Shown here piece by piece: positions 9,762 through 21,671 of a stretch of 64,000 bases of DNA. The notes beneath the pieces are model-generated. The model did no database searches. It worked only from the letters and a program-made list of their open reading frames with translations, and was not told the origin of the DNA. Positions within the stretch are counted from its first letter, which is position 1, and every line of letters starts with the position of its first letter. The stretch is from Dehalococcoidia bacterium (lineage in GTDB: Bacteria > Chloroflexota > Dehalococcoidia > Plut-88900). The DNA lies in the NCBI GenBank assembly GCA_965249275.1, contig CBDFLQ010000005.1:416001-480000 (forward strand), read 5' to 3'. Position numbers and translations under genes: made by a program.

Positions 9762-12056
9762 TCATTCTGCCAGCAGCGCCTCCAGAATGTACCGCGCCGC
9801 GGTCTTGTCCAGGGGCTCGTTGTTGTTGCCGCACTTCGGCGATTGTATACAGCTGGGGCAGCCATACTTGCACGGACACCCTTCCAAGGCGTCGAGGGTG
9901 GCCCTCCAGAGCTCCCGTATGAGCTCGAAACCCTTCTCAGTTATCCCCACCCCGCCCGGATGCCCGTCGTAGATGAATATCTGCGGTTTGCCCGTGTCCA
10001 TGTGCATGGGTGTCGAGAGCCCGCCGATGTCCGCTCGGTCACACATGGCGAACATGGGCAGCAGTCCGATAGCGGCGTGCTCCGCTGCGTGCAGCCCCCC
10101 TGGGAAGTCGACGTGGTCTCTCATTATCCGGTCTTGGGCCCATATCGGGATGTCGAACCACAGGGCCTGCGTGTGATAGGTCTGGGACGGCAGGTCCAGG
10201 ATTTCCTCGCCCAGGAACTCTTCCGTTATCCTTTTCTTTTTCTTGTACCCCCATATGGTGTTGGACACCTCCACCCAGCCCCGATACACAGCCACCCCTG
10301 CAGATCGCTTCGCCTCTTCCACCTGCACAATGCGGAGATCGGTGACGTGGTTGGTCTGCGTGTAGTAGTCAACGTCGGTTGGCCTGACGAAGACCAGTGT
10401 GGCGTCCATGTCCAGCTCCGTCACCAAGAACGATTCTCCCTGGTGGAGGTAAACGGCGCCGGGATGAGCTTGCGAAAACGCCGTGCCCTCGTCCACGGTC
10501 TCGATCACCCGGCCCGACCCCTCCAACACCACCTGGTAGTTGCGCCTGGATGCGGAGCGGATGTTCACCCCTTCCGCCGGATAGTCTATCTCCGGTGTTA
10601 AATGCAATCTCCCCTTGACCTGCTTCAACGACCCTTCCTCTTCCAGCCGACGCATATTCTCCTTCATCCCCTCCCCAAATAGCTCCACGTCCGACGGGGA
10701 CAGAGGCCATTCATAGGCGGCACACAAAAGGTGAGGTTCCAGTATGTACGGGTTCGACGGCGCCACCAGCGCGTGCTCGTGGGCCTTGTCGAAGAAGTCT
10801 GATGGGTTGCGCATGAAATATTGGTCAAGCGGATTGGCCTGCCCGATCATGACCGTAAGCGAACCTCCGCCTCGACGCCCGCTCCGTCCCGCCTGCTGCC
10901 ACGCGCTGGCTATGGTGCCCGGATATCCAGTCAGGATAGTCGCGTCCAGGTCCCCGATGTCCACTCCAAGCTCCAGGGCATTTGTGGTACAGACCCCCAG
11001 AAGCTCCCCGTCTATCAGGCCCCGCTCTATGCGCCGCCGATCCTCCGCGAGATACCCCGCCCGATAGGGGCTTATGCGCTGCCCCAGCTCCGGCAACGTC
11101 CTATCGAAGTTCTCCTTGGAGTACATGTAGATAAGCTCCGCGACACGCCTGGTCCGGGCGAAGGCCAATGTCCTGATCCCCCGGGCCACGAGGCGGGTGA
11201 ACAGGAAGGTGGCCTCGGTAGTCGTGCTGCGGCGCGCGCTGCGGGCTTCGTCGATAATCGGCGGGTTCCAGAACGTGAACGTCTTGTTGCCGCTCGGTGA
11301 CCCGTCTTCCGACACGACCTCGAAATCCCTTCCGACAAGGGCCTCGGCGTGCTCCTTTGGGTTCGCTATTGTCGCCGAGCACAGTATGAATTGCGGTGAA
11401 GACCCGTACAGCCGACACACCCTCCGCAGCCGCCGCAGTATGTTCGCCACGTGAGACCCGAACACCCCCCTGTACACGTGCGCCTCGTCGAGAACGACAT
11501 ATTTGAGCCGGCTCAGCATCCGGCTCCAGTTCTTGTGATTGGGGAGCATGCCGAAGTGGAGCATGTCCGGGTTGGTGAGCACTATCTGCGCTGACCTCCT
11601 GATCCGCCCTCGTTCCTCGGTCGGCGTGTCTCCGTCGAAGGTGCTGACCGTGATCTTGCCAAGTCCACGGTCGGCCTGCAACAGCTCATTTAGCGCCCGC
11701 CACTGGTCCTGGGCCAGGGCCTTGGTGGGGAACAGATATAGCGCGGCCGTCCCCCTATCCTCCAGGATATGATTCACGACGGCCGCGTTATAGATAAGGC
11801 TCTTGCCGCTGGCAGCGGGTGTAGCGACCATGACGTTAGCGCCCTCGGACAGAGCGCCCAGGGCTCGGGCCTGGTGGGAGAAGAGGGTTCCCAGCTTCAA
11901 CGCCGAAAGCGCTCGTTCCAAGGCGGGCTTGAACTTGGCCCTGGCCCCGCTATAGGAGCCTTCCTTATGAGGAATAGCCTCTACGTGGACTATCTGTCCA
12001 TCGTAGTCGGGGTGCCTTTTTATTGTTGATAGTACGTCAGAGGTGTCCAACTGCAA
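9762..12056 (-). CDS. DEAD/DEAH helicase with C-terminal DUF1998 Zn domain (MrfA/YprA/Hrq1-like)
   Basis: ASGKS, PTKALAQDQ, LDEAH, SAT, TNALELGVDIG, QQAGRSGRR, LHAAEHA, CPCKYGCPSC. Confidence 0.92.
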   Translation of the reverse strand: MQLDTSDVLSTIKRHPDYDGQIVHVEAIPHKEGSYSGARAKFKPALERALSALKLGTLFSHQARALGALSEGANVMVATPAASGKSLIYNAAVVNHILEDRGTAALYLFPTKALAQDQWRALNELLQADRGLGKITVSTFDGDTPTEERGRIRRSAQIVLTNPDMLHFGMLPNHKNWSRMLSRLKYVVLDEAHVYRGVFGSHVANILRRLRRVCRLYGSSPQFILCSATIANPKEHAEALVGRDFEVVSEDGSPSGNKTFTFWNPPIIDEARSARRSTTTEATFLFTRLVARGIRTLAFARTRRVAELIYMYSKENFDRTLPELGQRISPYRAGYLAEDRRRIERGLIDGELLGVCTTNALELGVDIGDLDATILTGYPGTIASAWQQAGRSGRRGGGSLTVMIGQANPLDQYFMRNPSDFFDKAHEHALVAPSNPYILEPHLLCAAYEWPLSPSDVELFGEGMKENMRRLEEEGSLKQVKGRLHLTPEIDYPAEGVNIRSASRRNYQVVLEGSGRVIETVDEGTAFSQAHPGAVYLHQGESFLVTELDMDATLVFVRPTDVDYYTQTNHVTDLRIVQVEEAKRSAGVAVYRGWVEVSNTIWGYKKKKRITEEFLGEEILDLPSQTYHTQALWFDIPIWAQDRIMRDHVDFPGGLHAAEHAAIGLLPMFAMCDRADIGGLSTPMHMDTGKPQIFIYDGHPGGVGITEKGFELIRELWRATLDALEGCPCKYGCPSCIQSPKCGNNNEPLDKTAARYILEALLAE

Positions 12057-12073
12057 TCACCGGGGCCGGAGGG

Positions 12074-12370
12074 CTAGAACACCTCCAGCAGCTCCGTTTG
12101 GTAGTCCAGCACCTCGGCATCGTGACTTATAGCTTCGATGAAGCTCAGGACCCGGTACAGCACGTCGTTGACGAATGCGGCGTCGTTGCCCACGAAGCTG
12201 AACCCGATTGTAGCCGACTGCCACCGTTCCTGGTCGTCCACTTCCGCTATGGAGATGTTGAACTTGTTTTGCGCCCGCGCCATCAGAGACTTGATTATCC
12301 GTCTCTTCCCCTTCAGGGACCCGTTCTCCGGCAGCCGGAGCCGTATAAGACAAACGCCTGTCTTCATCAT
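12074..12370 (-). CDS. DUF503 (YlxP-like) protein
   Basis: MMKTGVC.IRLRLP...SLKGKRRIIKSL...NKFNISIAEVDDQERWQ; start placed at ATG 12370/12367. Confidence 0.88.
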   Translation of the reverse strand: MMKTGVCLIRLRLPENGSLKGKRRIIKSLMARAQNKFNISIAEVDDQERWQSATIGFSFVGNDAAFVNDVLYRVLSFIEAISHDAEVLDYQTELLEVF

Positions 12371-12502
12371 TGAGGATGTCTCATAAGTCCGTTCAACACA
12401 GAACGATTGGATGTATTTGACCAATGCAACGGATGCCGTACGCACGAATCTAGGTTGCAAAAAGCGAAAATAGGATGCACGGCAACTTTTGAGACAGTCT
12501 TA
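12371..12502. mobile_element. Putative MITE (~130 bp, non-autonomous)
   Basis: Imperfect TIRs: TGAGGATGTCTCATAAGT vs TAAGACTGTCTCAAAAGT (reverse complement of 12485-12502), 14/18 identical. No recognisable coding content inside. Confidence 0.55.
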
Positions 12503-12599
12503 GTTGGGAAAATGTAGGGCATATGTGGTTGAGTGTCTGCCAATTTACCATAACTAGCCCTTCTACCCTAGTGCGAGCGTCTATAACGGCTCTCTTCGT

Positions 12600-13328
12600 T
12601 TACCCGAAATCCAAGCTATATAGATATTCACCGACTACAGTAAACAGGATTACGTAACCTACGACGCTAGCTAAGGCGTAAACCAATGGCATGAGATGCC
12701 TGCGCTCAAGTAAAAGCGATCCCGTCTGATAGCCCCGGTGGTTTGGTGTCCTGCTTGGTCCGGTATAAAGACCTACGAAAGGCTCATCCGCCATATATTG
12801 GCGCTCCCGAGCGATCAGATTGGTCAATGAAATTATCCAAGCGAAGCTCATTAGCCCACATGCAACGGCTAATATGAAATATCTCGGGTTTATATATTCA
12901 TCGGGTTCGCCTATTAGTGCGACAACGATTAAGTAAAGACCTATTGTTGATATAGGACCAAACAGCCAGGCTAGATACAAAATTACGTAGCCTAATTGAA
13001 CTAGGCTGGGTGGGAATCGCTTTCCTTTCGCGACCGCCATCATATGTAACCAGGGAAGCAGGAAGGTCGCGGAATAGATCGCACCGGCCAAGAAATAAGT
13101 ACTGGGGTTTAAGCCCCGGCTACGCGTCATTTTCCGCGACACAAGAGCAGCCAAGGGAGCAAATGCCAAACCGATACCGGCTATGAGCGACATGACATTA
13201 GCAACTATGAAGAAGAAAATGAATAAGACGATTAAGGCGAGAGAAACGAACATAGCAATGCCGAACACCACCGCGAAAGTGATTACCACACAAATGAATC
13301 TGTGCAAGTCTTCTCGCTCTACCCACAT
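12600..13328 (-). CDS. Hypothetical integral membrane protein
   Basis: 242-aa ORF with ~6 hydrophobic segments; visibly AT-richer than its neighbours. Confidence 0.6.
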   Translation of the reverse strand: MWVEREDLHRFICVVITFAVVFGIAMFVSLALIVLFIFFFIVANVMSLIAGIGLAFAPLAALVSRKMTRSRGLNPSTYFLAGAIYSATFLLPWLHMMAVAKGKRFPPSLVQLGYVILYLAWLFGPISTIGLYLIVVALIGEPDEYINPRYFILAVACGLMSFAWIISLTNLIARERQYMADEPFVGLYTGPSRTPNHRGYQTGSLLLERRHLMPLVYALASVVGYVILFTVVGEYLYSLDFG

Positions 13329-13470
13329 TTGCCAGTTCCTTGCGTTAATGTTCGGTTAAGAGATACCAGCTGTAGATAAATGCTCTCACTCGAAATCGGC
13401 CGCAGATGCGTTATCATTAGGAGCAGGTAATTTCGGAGACCCGACTAGGGCAGAAGAGAGGGATATCCCC

Positions 13471-14487
13471 TCAGAGCATCACGATTATGATACCACTCAT
13501 GGTTACCAGGATTCCGACGCCCGCCCGCCAGTTCAACCTCTCTCGGAGCACGATCATGGAAAGAGGGGCAAGTATCAGCAGCTGGACGTTGAAGATCACC
13601 ATAGTCACTGCCGCTCCCGCCTCCTTGAGGGCCACGAACATGAACGTAGTGCCGAGACCCAGGCTCAGGCTTCCCGAAAGGATCCCGAGCCCCACGTTCA
13701 CTCGATTGAGCCTCGGGCCCCTGGGGCGCAGGCCCCGTGTATGCACGCCGGGCCCTGCCGGGCGAGGGTGATGGGTCTCGGGAGTGGGATGATAGGCGAC
13801 GTTGGGTTGGGCGATTCGCCGTTCCCGCCTGTGCCCGGAAACTTCCGCCGTCAATTTCTGCCCTTGCTGCATCCCCAGTGCCGTAACCAGGAACGCCGCT
13901 ATTACGACCATCCTCGCAGCGTTTCCGGTCACCGCGTCGACGTCCCTCAGCCCCTCCCGCATAAGCCCGACCCCCAACACCCATAGAGATACGATGAACA
14001 CGAGGGTCAAAAACTTGCGGGGTTTCAGGAGATTCTTCGCCGGATCCACCGAGGACGACCCTGTCTGGCCCAGCAGGTAAATCCCGCCGACTACGAATCC
14101 CGTACCCAACAGGGTAAGCAGGGTAACTTCTTCGTCCAGTAACAGGGCGCCTGCCCCCACCATGAGCAAAGTATTCACCGCCTGCGCCATCGTGCTTGTT
14201 TTCGCCACGTCCACGGTGCGAAGGAATTTGAGGAACAACGTGTCCCCGATAAGGGTGGTAACCAACCCTCCCATCACTATGAGGCCCAATCCTCCGTAGT
14301 CGACGGAGGGTAGGCCGGCGGGGGCTCCGGAGGCGAAGAACAGGATGACCAGGAACGTAGCTGCTCCCATGGTCCGCGTAGCGTTCAGCGACACTACAGG
14401 CATACGTCGGGTCAGGTACTTGTTCAGCACGCTGCTGCAGGCAACGGTCGCCGCGGCCAGCAGAGCCATTATTTCACCTAATCCCAA
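13471..14487 (-). CDS. DMT/EamA-family transporter with Arg/Pro/His-rich loop insertion
   Basis: Two EamA repeats (GEIMALLAA...; LLLDEEVT..., LRERLNWRAGVGILV). Confidence 0.8.
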   Translation of the reverse strand: MGLGEIMALLAAATVACSSVLNKYLTRRMPVVSLNATRTMGAATFLVILFFASGAPAGLPSVDYGGLGLIVMGGLVTTLIGDTLFLKFLRTVDVAKTSTMAQAVNTLLMVGAGALLLDEEVTLLTLLGTGFVVGGIYLLGQTGSSSVDPAKNLLKPRKFLTLVFIVSLWVLGVGLMREGLRDVDAVTGNAARMVVIAAFLVTALGMQQGQKLTAEVSGHRRERRIAQPNVAYHPTPETHHPRPAGPGVHTRGLRPRGPRLNRVNVGLGILSGSLSLGLGTTFMFVALKEAGAAVTMVIFNVQLLILAPLSMIVLRERLNWRAGVGILVTMSGIIIVML

Positions 14488-14509
14488 ACGCCAACCCCTC
14501 CCAAGACCC

Positions 14510-15904
14510 TCACAGCACTACCAGCACTACGCCAACGGCGGTCGCCGCTATACCCATTATGGTCTTCCAGCCCAGCCTTTCCCTCAACAACAGCGACGAC
14601 AACAGAATGATCCATAGCAACTGGGTGCTCATCAATGTCGATGTAACCGCAAGCCCAACCCGGTCAAGGGCTACCAGCATTAGAAGACTTGCCACTCCCA
14701 TCGAGAGGGCACCGTTAATAACCGGGAACAAGAGCGGCAGGTAGCTCCTCCCCCCGAGTTTCACCACCCTGACCCTCGCGGTACCGATGAGCGGCCCCCC
14801 ACCTCCGAATATCGGCCCCAATCCAATACGCACCTGTTCGTCGGGAGGGTGCAGGGCAATCTCGACACGCTGCAGCCCCGCCCAATGTCCAGTCCATCGG
14901 GCCGCCGCGACCTCGGGCATCGCGGTCAGGGTGGCCTCGGGAGCGTAGGATCCAGGCAGGTCTATCCTGTACCTCAAACCCCCTCTCCCTCTGCGCCTCT
15001 CCACCTGCTCGAAGGCGCCTCCAATCTCCCGGATGTTCGCCCCTAACTTATCCAGCTGATCCCAGTAGACGGGCGGCCTGATACGGGCTGGGATTCGGCG
15101 CATTGCAGGCTGACGCGGGGCCCGGCGTCGGGCCCAGTAGGGAACGTGGAGCAGCCTGGGCATACGGAACAGGTGGCTCATAGGACTAGGACGTTGCTGT
15201 GCCCTTCTGCGCCGACGCGCCGCAAGGCTCTTGGGAGACCTGCTTGGGACACGGGTGTCGCTGCCAAGGAGGAAGTCCATGTCGTATGTGGCCATCATTG
15301 AGAGCAACAATACCACCGGGGCCAGCCTCACGGCATTCGCTATCACCGAACCCACTTCGTCCACGGCAATCTTCTGCAGGGCCGTACTCCCGACAAACGT
15401 GGCTACGATAAATAGCATGAAGAGCATCCCCTTCGGCCCCAGGAATCGGGCCTGGGAGGCTTCCACTTGACGCCTCTGGGAGAAGGTAAGGGCATACATC
15501 CCTATCACTATGGCCGCAATGCCAGCCAGCCTCATCAGAGACGAATCTTCTCCCAGCAGAGTGAAGCCAATCAGCACTGCCAGCAGGGTCTGCAACCCGC
15601 TGGTAAGAGGAGTAACTTTGCTCACGTCCACCGACGCCAGAAATCGGAAGTAAAGCGGCATCCCTATGCACAGCCCCAGGACGGACCCGGCAACGGCCAA
15701 TGCCAGATAGGCCACCGGGGTGTCGGGCAGCTTGGACGCCTCCCCCATGACGAACATCAGCAACAGGGCGAACAGAGCGCCACCCGCGGCCGAAAGCGAG
15801 GACAGGGGCAGGGGCCTGAACCTCCGGGTCATCAACTTGTCGACCACCGCCGTCATCGAAAAGATGAGGGCGGACAGCAGAGCGGCCAGCTCTCCCACCG
15901 GCAT
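14510..15904 (-). CDS. DMT/EamA-family transporter with ~180-aa soluble insertion
   Basis: GELAALLSA, LLGEDSSLMRLAG and LLRERLGWKTIMG EamA motifs, interrupted by a basic segment. Confidence 0.78.
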   Translation of the reverse strand: MPVGELAALLSALIFSMTAVVDKLMTRRFRPLPLSSLSAAGGALFALLLMFVMGEASKLPDTPVAYLALAVAGSVLGLCIGMPLYFRFLASVDVSKVTPLTSGLQTLLAVLIGFTLLGEDSSLMRLAGIAAIVIGMYALTFSQRRQVEASQARFLGPKGMLFMLFIVATFVGSTALQKIAVDEVGSVIANAVRLAPVVLLLSMMATYDMDFLLGSDTRVPSRSPKSLAARRRRRAQQRPSPMSHLFRMPRLLHVPYWARRRAPRQPAMRRIPARIRPPVYWDQLDKLGANIREIGGAFEQVERRRGRGGLRYRIDLPGSYAPEATLTAMPEVAAARWTGHWAGLQRVEIALHPPDEQVRIGLGPIFGGGGPLIGTARVRVVKLGGRSYLPLLFPVINGALSMGVASLLMLVALDRVGLAVTSTLMSTQLLWIILLSSLLLRERLGWKTIMGIAATAVGVVLVVL

Positions 15905-15943
15905 TCCGGTCAGCCTTTCTCCGGTCCGCTATTGCCTCTGCCG

Positions 15944-16073
15944 ATGAGACCTTCGGGCGCCTCGGGTCCCGAGGGCTGGGAGTAGGGCCTGACCTCTCTC
16001 CCTCGATGGGTCGTAGATGCGCCGAGGCGTGAGAGGGCCAGAGCCATAGGCTCGCCGAGGGGAGTGAGGGTGA
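15944..16073. repeat. Composite palindromic repeat cluster (family-A REP with two nested ~21-nt inserts, plus a CCTTCGGG/CCCGAGGG hairpin)
   Basis: CCTCTCTCCCTCGATGGG[tcgtagatgcgccgaggcgtg]AGAGGGCCAGAG[ccataggctcgccgaggggag]TGAGGGTGA. Confidence 0.65.
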
Positions 16074-16281
16074 TCACGTTTCCAGTCTCACCTATGTGCA
16101 AGGACGTTTTGGGACTCCTGTCTCTGCCATCTGCTTACCTTCATGACCATCTTAAGCGCGAGCAACGATAGTCCCACCACCCCACGTTTACAAGGGTTTT
16201 TTGAGCGGGTTTCAAACCTGAAATCCTGCACACTCGGGGCCCGGGACGCCCTTCTATCACTACTGGATGTATCCCGAAGTC

Positions 16282-16310
16282 TTGACACCGCCAAATCATG
16301 AACATATACT
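16282..16310 (+). promoter_or_regulatory. Sigma70-type rRNA promoter
   Basis: TTGACA-N17-TATACT about 190 bp upstream of the 23S gene. Confidence 0.8.
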
Positions 16311-16461
16311 TTCCGTTACACCTCGGAAGGAACAGGTATAGCCGGGTAGGTCCGGCCAACGCCCAATTGACGTACTGACAATCAATAACAACTTGATGAG
16401 TACTCTAGAGCGGCTTGAGGAACATCGGGCCGCTTGTTTGTCTGAGGAGCACATTAAAAAC

Positions 16462-16498
16462 TGAATAGAGAAGAACGTTCTGTCCGGGTCTTAATGTA

Positions 16499-16500
<2 letters not shown>
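16462..16500 (+). other. 5' arm of the pre-23S processing stem (pairs with 19631-19672)
   Basis: TGAATAGAGAA/TTCTCTATTCA, AGAACGTTCTG/CAGAACGTTCT and TAATGTAGG/CCTGCATTA complementarity. Confidence 0.8.
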
Positions 16501-19632
<3,132 letters not shown>

Positions 19633-19707
19633 TGCATTATGACACGTGCAGAACGTTCTAATTCTCTATTCAACACAGCGGATCGGGCTCATACCCACCG
19701 CATATGA

Positions 19708-19782
19708 CGCGGGGTGGAGCAGTGGCAGCTCGTCGGGCTCATAACCCGAAGGTCGTTGGTTCGAATCCAACCCCCGCTACCA
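19708..19782 (+). tRNA. Initiator tRNA-fMet (CAT)
   Basis: Cloverleaf with C1:A72 mismatch, three consecutive G-C pairs in the anticodon stem, CAT anticodon, TTCGAAT T-loop and encoded CCA. Confidence 0.97.
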
Positions 19783-19789
19783 AAGACAG

Positions 19790-19825
19790 AAAAAGGCCCC
19801 CGATTGCTCAGGGGGCCTTTCCTTT
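19790..19825 (+). terminator. Intrinsic (bidirectional) terminator after tRNA-fMet
   Basis: AAAAAGGCCCCC-gattgctca-GGGGGCCTTTCCTTT. Confidence 0.8.
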
Positions 19826-19859
19826 AGCCAAGGATGACATTTGTGTCCGTATATCTCAT
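19824..19859 (-). pseudogene. Truncated VapC/PIN toxin N-terminus
   Basis: MRYTDTNVILG-stop carries the PIN DTNV motif; its ATG overlaps the TGA of the upstream AbrB-like ORF (ATGA). Confidence 0.6.
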
Positions 19860-20065
19860 TTTCCCCTTAGCTCTTGTGCAGTCCCTCCGGCCTTGGCATC
19901 CTTGGCGCTTCGTTCAATCTCATCAAAGCGTTCGGGCCTCCTGGATGGCTTCACAGAGCCATAAGCAGACTCCAAACTGAAGGAGGCTGCAGCAAGTCTC
20001 CCTTCGGCAGGGATGGTCGTCTGGTCCTCCTGTGTGGCTTTTGCAACGATCTTTCTCATTTGCAT
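19856..20065 (-). pseudogene. Internally deleted AbrB/MazE-type antitoxin
   Basis: MRKIVAKATQEDQTTIPAE resembles the AbrB N-terminus (GQxTIP) but lacks the LGLxxGDxV core; C-terminus LESAYGSVKP. Confidence 0.55.
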
Positions 20066-20134
20066 ACCCTAATTATCTAGCATTGATTCAATGCAAGGTC
20101 ATTATAACTTTGGTTACTAGAACCTCAGGCACAC

Positions 20135-20178
20135 AACCCGAAGGTCGTTGGTTCGAATCCAACCCCCGCTACCAAAGA
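20135..20178 (+). repeat. Exact 44-bp duplication of the tRNA-fMet 3' half (att-like)
   Basis: AACCCGAAGGTCGTTGGTTCGAATCCAACCCCCGCTACCAAAGA is identical to 19743-19786. Confidence 0.93.
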
Positions 20179-20184
20179 AATAAA

Positions 20185-20222
20185 AAGGAAGGCCCCCGAG
20201 CAATCGGAGGCCTTTCCTTTTT
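20185..20222 (+). terminator. Intrinsic terminator, an inverted relative of the 19790 hairpin
   Basis: AAGGAAGGCCCCC-gagcaatc-GGAGGCCTTTCCTTTTT. Confidence 0.7.
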
Positions 20223-20270
20223 CAGTCCCAAGCCCTGTTTTCATTGAGCTGTAGGGCTATAATCCCCCAC

Positions 20271-20960
20271 ATGAACACCCCCGATACCAAGGTGGTTAAG
20301 GACCGCTACCGCCGCCTCGCCTCCGATTACGATAACGCCATGAGCTTCCTCGACCGCGTCCGAGCCGCCGCCTTCGAACACCTCGACCTCAAGCCAGGCG
20401 AATCTGTCCTTGACCTCGGCTGTGGCACCGGCATCAGCTTTGAACGGCTTCATCGGGACGTCGGGCCGCAGGGACGCATCATCGGGGTGGAATTCAGCCC
20501 CGATATGCTCGAGATGGCCCGCCGGAGGGTCGAGCTCAACGGCTGGCGCAACGTGACCCTCATCGAGGGCGATGCCAACACCGTCGACATCCCCGGCCCC
20601 CTCGATGCAGCACTGGCCTTCTTCGTTCCCGAGATCCTCAATTCGCCCGTCGCCGTTCGCCAAGCCCTGGACTCGCTTTCTCCCGGCGGCAGACTTGTAG
20701 CATCCGGCGTGAGGCACGCCCGCGGTCCCCTGGGTCCGCTGTTCAATTTCTATTTCCAGGCGAGGTTCAGAACCTGGCGATGGGTGGGCGTCAGGCGCGT
20801 CATCCACAGGATGCTCGGCAGAGGCCAGCCGTATGCCGTCCTGGAAGCCTCCGCCCCCAACCTGGAGCGCTGGGACTATATGCTCGGCTGCGCCTACGTG
20901 GCACGGGCAACCAGGGAGTCCCAAACCTCTGGGCACGCGCGACCTCAGTCGAACGCATAG
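20271..20960 (+). CDS. Class I SAM-dependent methyltransferase
   Basis: VLDLGCGTG, IGVEFSPDML, LIEGDA; TATAAT lies 7 nt before the ATG. Confidence 0.88.
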   Translation: MNTPDTKVVKDRYRRLASDYDNAMSFLDRVRAAAFEHLDLKPGESVLDLGCGTGISFERLHRDVGPQGRIIGVEFSPDMLEMARRRVELNGWRNVTLIEGDANTVDIPGPLDAALAFFVPEILNSPVAVRQALDSLSPGGRLVASGVRHARGPLGPLFNFYFQARFRTWRWVGVRRVIHRMLGRGQPYAVLEASAPNLERWDYMLGCAYVARATRESQTSGHARPQSNA

Positions 20961-21008
20961 CCGGACGCTCCCGGCGATCTGAATTTGGGACAACGTATAA
21001 TCGCCCAT

Positions 21009-21668
21009 ATGAACACCTACGACGCCCAAGCCCAGAAAGACCGCTACAGACGCCACGCCGCCGAATACGACAAGGGGAAGCGTTTTTCGGATCGCATCCG
21101 CCACCACGCCATCCGACGCCTGGACCTCAAGCCCGGCGAGTCCGTTCTTGATCTCGGCTGCGGCACGGGCCTCAGCTTCGAAATGCTTCAGCAGGGTGTC
21201 GGGCCACAGGGAAGGATTATCGGGGTTGAGCTCAGCCCGGAGATGCTTGAGATAGCACAGGAGAAGGTCGAGCGGAACGGCTGGGAGAACGTGACCCTCA
21301 TCCAGGGCGACGCCCAGACAGTGGAAGTCCCCGGCCCCCTGGATGCTGTCCTTGCCTTCTTCGTGCCAGAGATCCTCATCTCCCCGCCTGCTGTCACCCG
21401 TGTTATCGACGCATTGGCGCCCGGAGGCCGGCTTGTCAACGGTGGAGTGAAGCACGCCCAGGGGCTCTTGGGCCCGCTATTCAACCTCTATTTCCAGGTG
21501 CGGTTCAGGACATGGCGATGGGTCGGGGTGAGGGGATCGATGAAAAGGGTCTTCGCCAAGGGCCAACCCTATGACGGGCTGGGAAAGGTCGTGCTCAGGC
21601 TGGAGCGTCAGGACTACATGCTCGGGTGTGCGTATATTGCGCGGACGGTGAAGGGCCAGACTTGCTGA
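21009..21668 (+). CDS. Class I SAM-dependent methyltransferase (tandem duplicate)
   Basis: VLDLGCGTG, IGVELSPEML; shares GPLFN.YFQ.RFRTWRWVGVR and DYMLGCAY with the upstream copy. Confidence 0.88.
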   Translation: MNTYDAQAQKDRYRRHAAEYDKGKRFSDRIRHHAIRRLDLKPGESVLDLGCGTGLSFEMLQQGVGPQGRIIGVELSPEMLEIAQEKVERNGWENVTLIQGDAQTVEVPGPLDAVLAFFVPEILISPPAVTRVIDALAPGGRLVNGGVKHAQGLLGPLFNLYFQVRFRTWRWVGVRGSMKRVFAKGQPYDGLGKVVLRLERQDYMLGCAYIARTVKGQTC

Positions 21669-21671
21669 CCC

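Noticed and set aside
16367-16395. Second (P2-like) rRNA promoter starting TTGACG
   Set aside because: No convincing -10 hexamer at 16-18 bp spacing.
20131-20178. Second tRNA gene
   Set aside because: Only the 3' half is present; the 5' acceptor strand, D-arm and anticodon are missing.
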